A stretch of 64,000 nucleotides of DNA, taken from Klebsiella phage Miami. Of the stretch, positions 34,803-44,304 are shown piece after piece. The stretch lies in sequence record MT701590.1. One strand, 5' to 3'. The stretch's first letter is position 1, and every line of letters starts with the position of its first letter. The position numbers were made by a program, and so were the translations under genes. The notes beneath the pieces are model-generated. The model made no database searches. It was not told the origin of the DNA and worked only from the letters and a program-made list of their open reading frames with translations.

Positions 34803-35375
34803 ATGGGATACATCGAGCTTAAACACGGAACTGATAAAGACTACGTTCCCTATCGCACCAACGACATCTACGAGTTAGATGAAGATATCACCGTCTTAAC
34901 CGACGACACTCGGGTTATTGACGAAAATAAAGAAACCTACTTTTTTGTGCCAGGGGTGGACGCAGAAAACATCAAGGTTAAGGTCGGTGACGTGAACCAG
35001 TTTTTACTATTCTGGTCTGTAAAGGAAGGTGTCGAGGTCAGACTCGTTTCGTTTGGAACTGGGAGAAAAACCACAAAGGTGGTTGGTTTCCTCATGACTG
35101 AATTCCATCACCATTCCATTTACGCCTGCGTGTTCTCGGCTCTGTTACATCGAGAATCGAAAATGAATCTCCGTAGCAATAAGTTAGCGACGGGGATCAT
35201 GTGTAAATTACTTCATCGTTGTCTCAAAAGTTTTAAGCTCCAGCATCCTTCGCTTGGACGGATCTGTCTCGATATCGTATCTGATAATGGCGTTATCAAG
35301 TACGTTAACCAACACGGTAATTTCAGTGGATTGTATTATCGATTCAATCCAGGGTTTAAACCAGAATTACGCTAG
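34803..35375 (+). CDS. hypothetical protein
   Basis: 190-aa ORF. Confidence 0.45.
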   Translation: MGYIELKHGTDKDYVPYRTNDIYELDEDITVLTDDTRVIDENKETYFFVPGVDAENIKVKVGDVNQFLLFWSVKEGVEVRLVSFGTGRKTTKVVGFLMTEFHHHSIYACVFSALLHRESKMNLRSNKLATGIMCKLLHRCLKSFKLQHPSLGRICLDIVSDNGVIKYVNQHGNFSGLYYRFNPGFKPELR

Positions 35376-35383
35376 GAAAAAAC

Positions 35384-35926
35384 ATGTCGGAAATCATCAG
35401 TTACAATAAAGCGCAGCTGGTTAATGGGTTCGAACTCGTTTGCCATCATCGCACCATTCACCTGTTCGAAGATGTTTTCGAAAAGGGCAGGTACAATAAA
35501 GAGTTCGTTGCTAAATTTGACGAACTGGAAGTATTTTTGGATGTTCGTTACGCGATCATCTTAGGGAGAAAAGATAAAGACCTCACACTGCATCTAATTC
35601 GCAGTAATGCGGCTCGTGAGATCGTCAGCTGGGATTATCATTACAAATCTAACGATAACAACCCCGACAATTGGAAGATGGAAGCCATCGGACAGTTTAT
35701 CATCAGTGATATGGAGCAGGGATATTTCTCCCTCTCCCCTGGCTATCGAAGCGACATTAATGATCTTCTGACTTACATTGGCGGTCAAGAGAAAGAGGTC
35801 AATATTCGCAATACCGAAATCAGCGTCAGCGAAGGTAAATTTAACTTCGTCGGTCGGAACGGCCAGCTCGGCCCGGGTTTGTTGTCAGAGACTAAACCAG
35901 TTAACCTCATACAGCTATGGGCGTAA
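35384..35926 (+). CDS. hypothetical protein
   Basis: 180-aa ORF ending at a bidirectional terminator. Confidence 0.45.
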   Translation: MSEIISYNKAQLVNGFELVCHHRTIHLFEDVFEKGRYNKEFVAKFDELEVFLDVRYAIILGRKDKDLTLHLIRSNAAREIVSWDYHYKSNDNNPDNWKMEAIGQFIISDMEQGYFSLSPGYRSDINDLLTYIGGQEKEVNIRNTEISVSEGKFNFVGRNGQLGPGLLSETKPVNLIQLWA

Positions 35927-35976
35927 TAATACTCCTACTCCCGTATCGGGAGTAGGAGTATTAGCTTTTTGTTTTT
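35927..35976. terminator. bidirectional terminator (AATACTCCTACTCCC-gtatc-GGGAGTAGGAGTATT plus T-tract)
   Basis: 15-bp stem followed by AGCTTTTTGTTTTTT; sits between convergent genes. Confidence 0.7.
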
Positions 35977-38030
35977 TAGAAAAGGTCTAAAACCGAAGAT
36001 GCAGATTTAGGAAGCGGCAAGGTAGGTAATTCGAGATCCATTAACTCCAATGCCTCTTCTCCACCGATAGCCCTCAATGAAGGATTATTCAGTGTACTCT
36101 GAGATAACAGCTCTTCAACGTTGTCCCTCGACCACTGTAGAATATCGATGGACCGGGTCATGATATTGATTTCTTTACCGGTGTCCAACTCGATCATCCA
36201 GAAGAAGCAAGGTTTATCCTGACCTTGTCTGAAGATACGCGCCTTGGTCTGTTTCAGCTCGTAATCCCTCCAAGGAGCATCCATGAGAATCTCCTGGTTA
36301 GCCACGACCATGTGCGCGGATTCTCTCAAGGATCTGAAGGTGGTAACCGCTGGGTTCAAATCAGGTTCCGTATCAAACCGTTTGATCAGGATGTCTTTAG
36401 ACTGATCGGCATCACCGTAAATCAATAGCGGTTTAAACCCTTCCTTGTTAAGCACACTATAGACTTCATTCAGCACATCCACATAAGACGTAAAGATCAG
36501 TGTTTTCTTCTCTACGTTGTTTATCATGGATGGAAGTCCTGCATGCGCAACAACGGCCCTTACGGCTTCTATACGGGCCTTACCCAACACATTACCTAAA
36601 GCCTCCCCTCTTATCTTCAAGCCAACGTACTTAACGGCCGATTTGATATTGCGGAACTGTTTCAGCTGTTCTCCACGTAATCTAGCTTCAATGTCGATTT
36701 CGACGTTCTTAGCGTACTGGGAATCAGCTGAGTCAGTAAAGTTGTTATAACCGTGAGTTCTGAACCGATTCACGATCTGTTTGTATTTAACCAGTTCGCC
36801 CAACTTACCGTTGTCATCTTTAACGTAGCTTTCGTAATCGTCTAAAACGTGATTAAAGAAAGCCAAAAACATCGGCATGTTTTGTTCGTAGAACTTGACT
36901 CGGTTCTGTATGTAAGAAAGCATTTCGAGTCTAATGGCTTTCAACGTGAATCGTTCGCCATTAGGAACGGTAACCGGAACCATTTCTACCGGTGGCTCCT
37001 CACCCATATCAAAGAGAGAATCAATGACGTAACGTGTTCTACCCAACCGATGGGCCAGAAGGGTGTTAAGTTTATCCCTGGATAGCCCGTAAGACTTCAT
37101 GAAACGCTCTCTGGCGTTACCTTTAAAGAAAGGATCTATCAGTGCAAAGATCGAATATGCTTCCCTTGCCATGGCTTTTAGCGGTGTTCCTGACATAGGA
37201 AGAGCATCGTTAAACGGATAGTGATCAGCAGCTTTAATGATATTCTGAGTTTGTTTAGAACTCAGCTCGTTAAAGTTGTGGGATTCGTCTACAACGAGAG
37301 AAACTCCGCCTTTACCAGCCGCTTCGAAAACTTGGTCAAGGATCTTAAAGAAATCAGGGTTTCTTGTATAATCAATGTGAATAAGGAAGTATTCGCAAGA
37401 AGGATCAAACGGTTTATTTTGACGGGTACTCCAATACTTAGGAGGATCAACAAAAACCTTCTCTTCCATATGCAGCTTCCAGACGGTATTGATGCCTGCG
37501 TCTGGGCAAATGATAATGTGTTTTTTATTTCCCGTCAGTCGGGTCCACATAAGGCTAGTGAAAGTCTTTCCGCTTCCGGCCTTGGCATCCAGCAAAAGTC
37601 CTTTAAGATGGTGCGACTTTTTAACCATTTTGTAAGTGGATAAAAAACCCCATTGAGTGTCATAAGGTTTTATTTTAAACTGTTTTAAAAAAGAAGCTTT
37701 GTCTATCGGATAAGCTGTAGGGGTAACAGTATCCTTTATCCAGGTATCCGTTCTGAGTTTTATTTGGAGTTCGTTAAGGTTCTTACGACTACTCCAAGTA
37801 TTTCTCGACTGGAGGATCTTTGTTATTAGATGATCCAACTCCAATAAGAAAAAGTTATCCGTAACGAACTTATTGGACCCAACACGTCTGAACATATAAC
37901 GACCTGGCGTGCTTGTGCCATACGCGGTCTGTATGTCGTCATTAAAGTTACGGAAGTTAACATGATTGATTTCCGTAATAGTCGGTCCTTGTTTAACATC
38001 AGGCCCAAAGATATAGTTTAACATCACCAA
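35976..38030 (-). CDS. SF2 (SNF2/DEAD-like) helicase / DNA-dependent ATPase
   Basis: Walker A AKAGSGKTFTS; DExH LVVDESHNF; motif VI QTKARIFRQGQ. Confidence 0.8.
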   Translation of the reverse strand: MVMLNYIFGPDVKQGPTITEINHVNFRNFNDDIQTAYGTSTPGRYMFRRVGSNKFVTDNFFLLELDHLITKILQSRNTWSSRKNLNELQIKLRTDTWIKDTVTPTAYPIDKASFLKQFKIKPYDTQWGFLSTYKMVKKSHHLKGLLLDAKAGSGKTFTSLMWTRLTGNKKHIIICPDAGINTVWKLHMEEKVFVDPPKYWSTRQNKPFDPSCEYFLIHIDYTRNPDFFKILDQVFEAAGKGGVSLVVDESHNFNELSSKQTQNIIKAADHYPFNDALPMSGTPLKAMAREAYSIFALIDPFFKGNARERFMKSYGLSRDKLNTLLAHRLGRTRYVIDSLFDMGEEPPVEMVPVTVPNGERFTLKAIRLEMLSYIQNRVKFYEQNMPMFLAFFNHVLDDYESYVKDDNGKLGELVKYKQIVNRFRTHGYNNFTDSADSQYAKNVEIDIEARLRGEQLKQFRNIKSAVKYVGLKIRGEALGNVLGKARIEAVRAVVAHAGLPSMINNVEKKTLIFTSYVDVLNEVYSVLNKEGFKPLLIYGDADQSKDILIKRFDTEPDLNPAVTTFRSLRESAHMVVANQEILMDAPWRDYELKQTKARIFRQGQDKPCFFWMIELDTGKEINIMTRSIDILQWSRDNVEELLSQSTLNNPSLRAIGGEEALELMDLELPTLPLPKSASSVLDLF

Positions 38031-38054
38031 TCACCCGTTATTAGGAGTAGTAAA

Positions 38055-39332
38055 ATGAATTCTGTCGACATCAACACCTATAAGAAGTTCTTCTCTGCTG
38101 TTGCCGCTGAACTGTTCAGTAATCTGGAAGATCTCAAAATCGTTTCCCATCGTCACGCGCTGTTAAATATTCTGTTTATCGACGGGATCAAAATCAGTAC
38201 GGGTGAACGTCGCCGCTATGCCTTCCACGAAAAGCATCTGAAGGCGGTCAAAGAACGCATTAACCTGGGCGACTTCTCTTTCCTCGATGAGCAGGTTCGG
38301 GATAAAGATTTCCAGCCGCGACAGTATAAAGGCGTCGAAATCGATCACGCTTACGGCTATGTGGTCAGCGCGGTCCCGGTCTTCACTTCCATGGAACAGC
38401 GCGGCACCGGCGATAAGGAATTCGACAACATGACCACCGGCCAACTGGCACGCGTCGATCAGTGGTTCACCGACTACTCTAAGAAAGAAACCGACCAGCT
38501 GAAAACCATCGCTGACTTGACCGAAGCCTGGGGTAAATTCACCACGACGGTCAAGGATCACGATCTCTACTTCGGATTCGACATCGAAGATCATAAAATC
38601 AGTCTGACGCTGGATAAAGCGCCTCCTATCGCTGATGAGATCAAGATCCTTCGTCAGCCGGTTACCCTGGAGCAACTCGCTGAGTTCTCTGAAGATGACC
38701 AGAAACACATTGCTGGTGTTCAGGCTGCCATCGACAAGATGAACGAACTCACTTCAGGGTTCTTCGGCATCGAGCTGGGTAACAAATACCTCACCCAATT
38801 CCGTGAGCGTATTTGGGAGCAGAACTTCTCCATGCCGCTTCAGTACCAGACCAACATCGTCTATGAGTTCACCGATAACACGCCTGAAACTCGTGCCCTC
38901 GTAGAGGAACAAGTCGAAAAGGTTATCAGTCTGCTGAAAGATAAAGAAGCCGAGCTGGGTAATCGCGTCTACCTCGACACTAACTCGCTGGCGACCTTCG
39001 TTATTAACGAAGAAGGCGCTAACGAATACTACGATTACCCAGTGGTCCGTGAGATGTGGTCGAAGTTCGTTCGTTCGTTCGGTAAAGCGATCCTCAACCT
39101 GATGAACCAGACCGAATCGGTTTACTTCAAACCCTACATCTCTAAGGTAACCAAAGTGGAAACCGAAGAAACTGTAGCGGCGCCGGCTCGTGGCGAAACG
39201 CCGCATCTGGTTGCAGTGGATGAACCGGCTTTTGTAGACGGTGATGCAGAAGTGGTAGTTGAGGACGATTCTGCCCAGGATGAAACCTATGCGCTCGAAG
39301 GCAACGCTCAGGCTCCTAGCCAAACCGTTTAA
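38055..39332 (+). CDS. acidic 425-aa protein with host-like, GC3-rich codon usage (probably abundant)
   Basis: Strong codon bias; antisense ORFs 38163..38708 and 38754..39344 are byproducts; followed by a terminator. Confidence 0.55.
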   Translation: MNSVDINTYKKFFSAVAAELFSNLEDLKIVSHRHALLNILFIDGIKISTGERRRYAFHEKHLKAVKERINLGDFSFLDEQVRDKDFQPRQYKGVEIDHAYGYVVSAVPVFTSMEQRGTGDKEFDNMTTGQLARVDQWFTDYSKKETDQLKTIADLTEAWGKFTTTVKDHDLYFGFDIEDHKISLTLDKAPPIADEIKILRQPVTLEQLAEFSEDDQKHIAGVQAAIDKMNELTSGFFGIELGNKYLTQFRERIWEQNFSMPLQYQTNIVYEFTDNTPETRALVEEQVEKVISLLKDKEAELGNRVYLDTNSLATFVINEEGANEYYDYPVVREMWSKFVRSFGKAILNLMNQTESVYFKPYISKVTKVETEETVAAPARGETPHLVAVDEPAFVDGDAEVVVEDDSAQDETYALEGNAQAPSQTV

Positions 39333-39352
39333 TCGATAACACAAAGAAACTA

Positions 39353-39400
39353 TTCCTCCTACCCTTACGGGTAGGAGGAATATATTTCTGTTATTTTTTT
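39353..39400. terminator. bidirectional terminator (TATTCCTCCTACCC-ttac-GGGTAGGAGGAATA plus T-tract)
   Basis: 14-bp stem between convergent genes then TATTTCTGTTATTTTTTT. Confidence 0.7.
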
Positions 39401-40058
39401 ACGGCGTTTGTTCATTCTTAGCGGCTATTAACGCAGCCTCTAATTCCTGAATGTACAATTGTTGTTTGGTTATGGTTTCGGCTTGCTTAGCAAGTTTGAT
39501 TTGATCCGTCTCAGCATTAGCGATGGCGTTAAGCCGAGTAGATTCAAATATTTCCGCATCTTCTTTCGAGACATAAGCCCTGGTAGGAATACTACCAATG
39601 TAGCTCTTCGCGTTGACAAGTCCGAAGTTAGTTTTCGCGTAATCTTGGAAGTGATCGATCAACGTGTTAATTTTATCCGCCATCTGAGGAGGGCACGCTC
39701 CCAGGTCGGTGTAAACAACAAATCTTTCAAAGATCACCCCGTCAATTAGGGGAAAGGATTTGATATAGGTGCTGGGAATATAAACCGGAGATCCGTTTTT
39801 AGAGGTCAGGGTGATGATCGCCCCGTTATTCTCTTCTACCAGATCTAAGATACTTTCATAAGCATCTTCTGATATCCCCACTGGTTCGAACATCAATCCC
39901 CAAACATCAATATTCCTGTTTCGGAACTGTGCCGCTGTACAGACGTCTTCCACTTTATAAAAGATGGACTCGTCGACCACTGTTGTAAAAGGTGTGATCG
40001 CGGTAAATTGTCCCGCGGCATAGAGTGAAGGAATGACGTTTTTATCAGTGTCTGCCAT
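39399..40058 (-). CDS. hypothetical protein
   Basis: 219-aa ORF with C-terminal coiled-coil. Confidence 0.5.
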   Translation of the reverse strand: MADTDKNVIPSLYAAGQFTAITPFTTVVDESIFYKVEDVCTAAQFRNRNIDVWGLMFEPVGISEDAYESILDLVEENNGAIITLTSKNGSPVYIPSTYIKSFPLIDGVIFERFVVYTDLGACPPQMADKINTLIDHFQDYAKTNFGLVNAKSYIGSIPTRAYVSKEDAEIFESTRLNAIANAETDQIKLAKQAETITKQQLYIQELEAALIAAKNEQTP

Positions 40059-40068
40059 GGACTAACCT

Positions 40069-41406
40069 CTATTCGGTAATAATCCCGTCTTTAATAAACT
40101 GGGCCTTGGTCACCATTTGGAATCGGGTGGATCCCACTTGAATGGTTGCGAAGAGAATATTGTCCTTGACCAGACGTTTGATCCCTGCCGGCACCAGACC
40201 GTCTTCAGTTAACACTTCTGCTCCGCTGATCAGTGTTTGCATGGCGGTGATGAAGTCGGTTGTGGCCGTAGACATCCATGCGAACTGGGAATCGGTAGAA
40301 GGGATGAGCTGATAATCAGGGTAGAGTTCTTTGATTTTAGTAACTCCGTTAAAGTTCGTCGGTTTACCGGCGAAACAGACTTTAGCGGATTTATAAAGGA
40401 AAGGAACAACCTGCGCTGATTTTATGATATTATCTGACGTAAAACCTATGAGGTATTTCGTCGGATTTGTTAAAAGTGTTTCGTAGCTGGCAATCGGAGA
40501 GTACAGCGAACTTCCATCTGTTTTATTCTCCAGGCCTAATTCATCCCAATAAGGGATCGCAACAAACTGCGTCGGGTTAAAAAGATCAGGGATGGCGTTC
40601 TCCCAATCCTCTTCACTTTCAGACGTTAATGCCAAAATGGCATTCGCTATCTCGGTGTAGATCTGATCTTCCTGATCGTCAGCGTTACCGTAAACCAACA
40701 CAGTGAAATAAACGGTGTTGTAATTCGCGGTGTTTACCAGATCATAGACTTTGAACGGATAGACGAAACGAGAACTGTATCGGTATTCGCCATCATTGGT
40801 TGCTGCTAAGACGCGTTGCTCGATCACGCTAGGGGTTTCTTGAGCAAGTCTGGTAGCAAGCTGCTGATAATTCAGTGTGACGAGTTTATCGATTTCGTCA
40901 TCTGGAAGCACCAGGATAGGGACGATTTCGCAATAAGGATATTCCGCTTCAAAGTAAGCATTAGCGAACCAGATTTTAAAATAAACGGTATCCCCGTTAG
41001 TCAGCGTCTGGGTACCCTCAATATGAGAAGGAAGATAAATGACACTATTCGTGACCATCGTTCCTACACCGCTGAATACTACCCCGGCGGTAAATTGTGC
41101 TTGCACTAACTGCAAGCATGCTGTACTATCGTTAGTTAATACTCCGGCCACCGCTTGCTGATAAAGCCACTGAGCGATGTCCAGCTGTTTGTTTTTTGTT
41201 TCGTCCGGCATGATTTCGGCAACATCATCCTTCACGCCATAAAAATTAATTAAGGTGGGGATGTGATCATCGCTGCGATAGAAACCCGGATCTTTCGAAT
41301 ACGCTCTCGTTTTGCTAGACAGCTCCCCTAACGGGGAAACCACTTTCTCGTGGTTATCACTTAGCGCCGCAATAGCACTAAATGAAAGGTATGAATATTT
41401 GCTCAT
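40069..41406 (-). CDS. hypothetical protein (possible structural protein)
   Basis: 445-aa ORF with RBS; no motif. Confidence 0.5.
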   Translation of the reverse strand: MSKYSYLSFSAIAALSDNHEKVVSPLGELSSKTRAYSKDPGFYRSDDHIPTLINFYGVKDDVAEIMPDETKNKQLDIAQWLYQQAVAGVLTNDSTACLQLVQAQFTAGVVFSGVGTMVTNSVIYLPSHIEGTQTLTNGDTVYFKIWFANAYFEAEYPYCEIVPILVLPDDEIDKLVTLNYQQLATRLAQETPSVIEQRVLAATNDGEYRYSSRFVYPFKVYDLVNTANYNTVYFTVLVYGNADDQEDQIYTEIANAILALTSESEEDWENAIPDLFNPTQFVAIPYWDELGLENKTDGSSLYSPIASYETLLTNPTKYLIGFTSDNIIKSAQVVPFLYKSAKVCFAGKPTNFNGVTKIKELYPDYQLIPSTDSQFAWMSTATTDFITAMQTLISGAEVLTEDGLVPAGIKRLVKDNILFATIQVGSTRFQMVTKAQFIKDGIITE

Positions 41407-41426
41407 AATGTCGTCCGTTAAGGAAA

Positions 41427-41840
41427 GTGAAAATGTTTCCCATAGCCAAAGAACTGGTGGATAGGTTCATAGAATGGCTCCTCAGGCGCGCGTCTGGAGA
41501 GACTTTAGAAGAAAAACAGAACTCGGCTATTCGGTATATTTCCTACGTTGCCGGGGGATTATTGTGGGCGGTTTTGACCCTCGTCGTCATCGATATTAAT
41601 TTATCTTTACGTATACACGCAACTGAAGGCGCTGCGGCAGCGGTTAACAAAATGTTCTCTACGGATAGGAACCCTATAGATGAACTGATTAAAATCAACC
41701 GCACGTTAAGCGACAGGGTAGAATCGCTCAGGGAAGAAAATATTCTTTTAATCAAAGATAACTTGCGTCTATTGGATCAAACTAAAGTCATGGAAGATGT
41801 TGTAAAAACCTGCAAAAGACCGTCAACCAAAAAACAGTAA
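41427..41840 (+). CDS. hypothetical TM/coiled-coil protein
   Basis: 137-aa ORF with one TM segment. Confidence 0.4.
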   Translation: MKMFPIAKELVDRFIEWLLRRASGETLEEKQNSAIRYISYVAGGLLWAVLTLVVIDINLSLRIHATEGAAAAVNKMFSTDRNPIDELIKINRTLSDRVESLREENILLIKDNLRLLDQTKVMEDVVKTCKRPSTKKQ

Positions 41841-41847
41841 TATTTTT

Positions 41848-41881
41848 ATACTAGGGATCCCAAATATGGGATCCCTAGTAT
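41848..41881. terminator. 15-bp perfect hairpin (ATACTAGGGATCCCA-aata-TGGGATCCCTAGTAT), no T-tract
   Basis: Contains two GGATCC sites; preceded by TATTTTTAT. Confidence 0.35.
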
Positions 41882-41906
41882 TACACAATGACAAAGGCCT
41901 TGAACT

Positions 41907-43397
41907 ATGTCTGAGATTAATCTCGTTTATTATTTAGTGAGTCGAAAAGTAGAAGGTAAGAAAACAGAAAGGGCTTGCGCAGGCGCTTTCGGTTATTCTT
42001 ACGATGTATCCGTGGTGGGTAAGAAGAAGTTACAGAAAGACGTTCCGACTACGGTAGGGTATTATGTCGGGAATACAACGAGCAACGGAACTGTAGTAGA
42101 ACCGATCGATTCTCTTTCTGTGGTTGTTTCGGATAGGGCTCTGGAAATAGAAGCTCAACTGGACTTACTCAAAGTTATTCTGGAGGACGCTGTAGAACAT
42201 GAGGATGTTAAGAACATCGGGTTAATTGGGAAATACCCATTGCTCGAAAAGCTTCTTACAGTGGACCCTTCCAAAATCGTAGAAAAGGAATATAAGTTAG
42301 GTAAAACGGAATTTAATAAAGAGGCAGTTAAATCTCTTACAGATATCCAAGCTCTTATGGATAAACTAAAGGGAAGAAGTAAACTCGTCTTTAACTTCAC
42401 ACTAAGTGTTGAAGGTGGGATGGGCCCTAAGATGGCGTGGCAGTCGGCTGGTATCGCCGAGGTTGAAACGGTTTGGGGAATGGAACCCATCGCGGTTTTA
42501 TACCGTCAACCGATGAAAACTTTCCTTAATCCGGAGAGCGACTTTAACCGCATCATTTGTGGCAGCCGGTGGTATTTTAACACTGGCGAAGGTAACGACT
42601 TCTACGAGCTAAAAGAAGGATACCGCCGGTATGGTTTCGGTAAAGTCGAGAAAGATAAGAAGTATTACGGTAAGCTCACCCCAGATGTGACTTATTCCTC
42701 TTTCTACACACAGACACCGATAGCACTGTTGGATAAGCTTTACGACTATACCGAGAAAAGGACACATAACCCTAAAGGGTTGATGCTCGCCGGGAACATG
42801 CAGTTCGTCAGATCTAAGGAAATAGCCAGGCTTATCGATAACTGCCCTGGGGTAGTGAGAGAAAAGGACTTGATTGTTCCTTTTAGAATGGGTTCTCAGG
42901 ACGAACCTACTTTGGTGGAGCTGATTGACCCGCCTGGACTCACTTACCGGATTTCTGATGTCATGGAAGAACATGACATTATCTTACACAGTTTCTTAAA
43001 TAAAGACGAGTTCAATAAATTCGGGCAATATCAAAAGTTCTACGATATAACGAATGTCATTTTTGAGAAGATCCCAAATAAAAAAGGGGAGATCAAGTTA
43101 AAGCTTCAACCGGACTTCACCCAAAATACCCAAACGTTTAAAGTCAACGTAGAACACCGCAAAGCGGTTAAAGCAGTACCTATAACGTTGAGCGTCGGAT
43201 ACGATTTACCAGAGCGAAATGCGTTTAACTCAGTAAAGGATCCCGATGTTCAAGTTTGGGTTAACATTGACGAAGCCAACGACGGATGTTTGATCTACCG
43301 CATCATTGTTAAAGCGGAAGACTGGATTTACATACATGCGTCCGGATGCGCTAATGTAAGGGTCTTGAATAAAGCCGAGCTAGGTAGAAAAGATTAA
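41907..43397 (+). CDS. hypothetical protein (496 aa)
   Basis: Long ORF, no motif. Confidence 0.5.
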   Translation: MSEINLVYYLVSRKVEGKKTERACAGAFGYSYDVSVVGKKKLQKDVPTTVGYYVGNTTSNGTVVEPIDSLSVVVSDRALEIEAQLDLLKVILEDAVEHEDVKNIGLIGKYPLLEKLLTVDPSKIVEKEYKLGKTEFNKEAVKSLTDIQALMDKLKGRSKLVFNFTLSVEGGMGPKMAWQSAGIAEVETVWGMEPIAVLYRQPMKTFLNPESDFNRIICGSRWYFNTGEGNDFYELKEGYRRYGFGKVEKDKKYYGKLTPDVTYSSFYTQTPIALLDKLYDYTEKRTHNPKGLMLAGNMQFVRSKEIARLIDNCPGVVREKDLIVPFRMGSQDEPTLVELIDPPGLTYRISDVMEEHDIILHSFLNKDEFNKFGQYQKFYDITNVIFEKIPNKKGEIKLKLQPDFTQNTQTFKVNVEHRKAVKAVPITLSVGYDLPERNAFNSVKDPDVQVWVNIDEANDGCLIYRIIVKAEDWIYIHASGCANVRVLNKAELGRKD

Positions 43398-43408
43398 CTT
43401 GGTTGAAT

Positions 43409-43442
43409 ATAACAGTTAGGGTCGTGAGACCCTAACTGTTAT
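43409..43442. terminator. bidirectional hairpin (ATAACAGTTAGGGTC-gtga-GACCCTAACTGTTAT)
   Basis: 15-bp perfect stem between convergent genes. Confidence 0.6.
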
Positions 43443-43447
43443 ACTAT

Positions 43448-44245
43448 TTACTTTAATTTACCCAGTTCTGCTGTTTGAGATTCAAAAACAGCAGTCAGCT
43501 CATTTAAGAGAACCAACCCAGCGCCAGTAACATTAATCAACGTGTTGTACGTATTAATGGTATCCTGGAGTGTTTTTAAACTATCCTTGTCGAAGACCAA
43601 CTGGGACGTTTTGATCTTGTCGACGATGATATTCCCCAGGTGATAAACTTCGTCAATACGATCAGCGAGGGAACGAATGTCCGAGGACTTAATACCCGAT
43701 ACCGCTCCATTGAAATGTTCGACAGTATCGTAGAAGGATTTGAACGAATCGTAAAACTGATTAAGCCGATGGTGGGTATTGCGAGAAGACTGAATCCCTT
43801 CCATAAAGGACTGCAGGTCGTTGGCCAGCGTATCCGTCTTGGTGACGCTGAACCAGAACGAAGAACCGACTGTCCCCGTCTTAGCAACGTCTTTCAGCCA
43901 CTTGTAAATGCGACCGGATTCCGTTAACGCGGTAGAAAGCAGCAGCGCAGTGGAAGAAACCATTTTAACATAATAGCTCCATTCTGTTTTCTCCGGATCA
44001 AAATAAGCCGGACCGGTCAAAGGAACCATTGTATGTTTAAAGTAATTTACTGTGGCGAGGTGTTTGGCTGTCTTGCCGTAATCGATGGTGTGGGCCGATG
44101 ATTTAAGTTGACGAAACGCCTCTTTAAATCCACGTGATATTTCGGTCATTTTAAGTGAAAGAGACTCACCGACAGAAAGTTTTTCAGAACCGTCTATACC
44201 GAAAATAACAGGTTGCTTAACCTGTTCGATAAAACTGTTATTCAT
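43448..44245 (-). CDS. hypothetical protein
   Basis: 265-aa ORF. Confidence 0.5.
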   Translation of the reverse strand: MNNSFIEQVKQPVIFGIDGSEKLSVGESLSLKMTEISRGFKEAFRQLKSSAHTIDYGKTAKHLATVNYFKHTMVPLTGPAYFDPEKTEWSYYVKMVSSTALLLSTALTESGRIYKWLKDVAKTGTVGSSFWFSVTKTDTLANDLQSFMEGIQSSRNTHHRLNQFYDSFKSFYDTVEHFNGAVSGIKSSDIRSLADRIDEVYHLGNIIVDKIKTSQLVFDKDSLKTLQDTINTYNTLINVTGAGLVLLNELTAVFESQTAELGKLK

Positions 44246-44304
44246 TACTGGCGCTCCGTATTATTAGGTCAATAGCGTTTTTCATAGAATCCAAGAGGTA
44301 AACG

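Noticed and set aside
35976-38030. Considered terminase large subunit for the minus-strand 684-aa ATPase
   Set aside because: Carries DExH box and helicase motif VI (QxxGRxxRxGQ) typical of SF2/SNF2 helicases, with no terminase nuclease motifs.
38163-39344. Long minus-strand ORFs 38163..38708 and 38754..39344 antisense to the 425-aa gene
   Set aside because: They lie entirely inside the codon-biased 38055..39332 gene; GC3-rich coding suppresses stops on the opposite strand; no RBS or start context.
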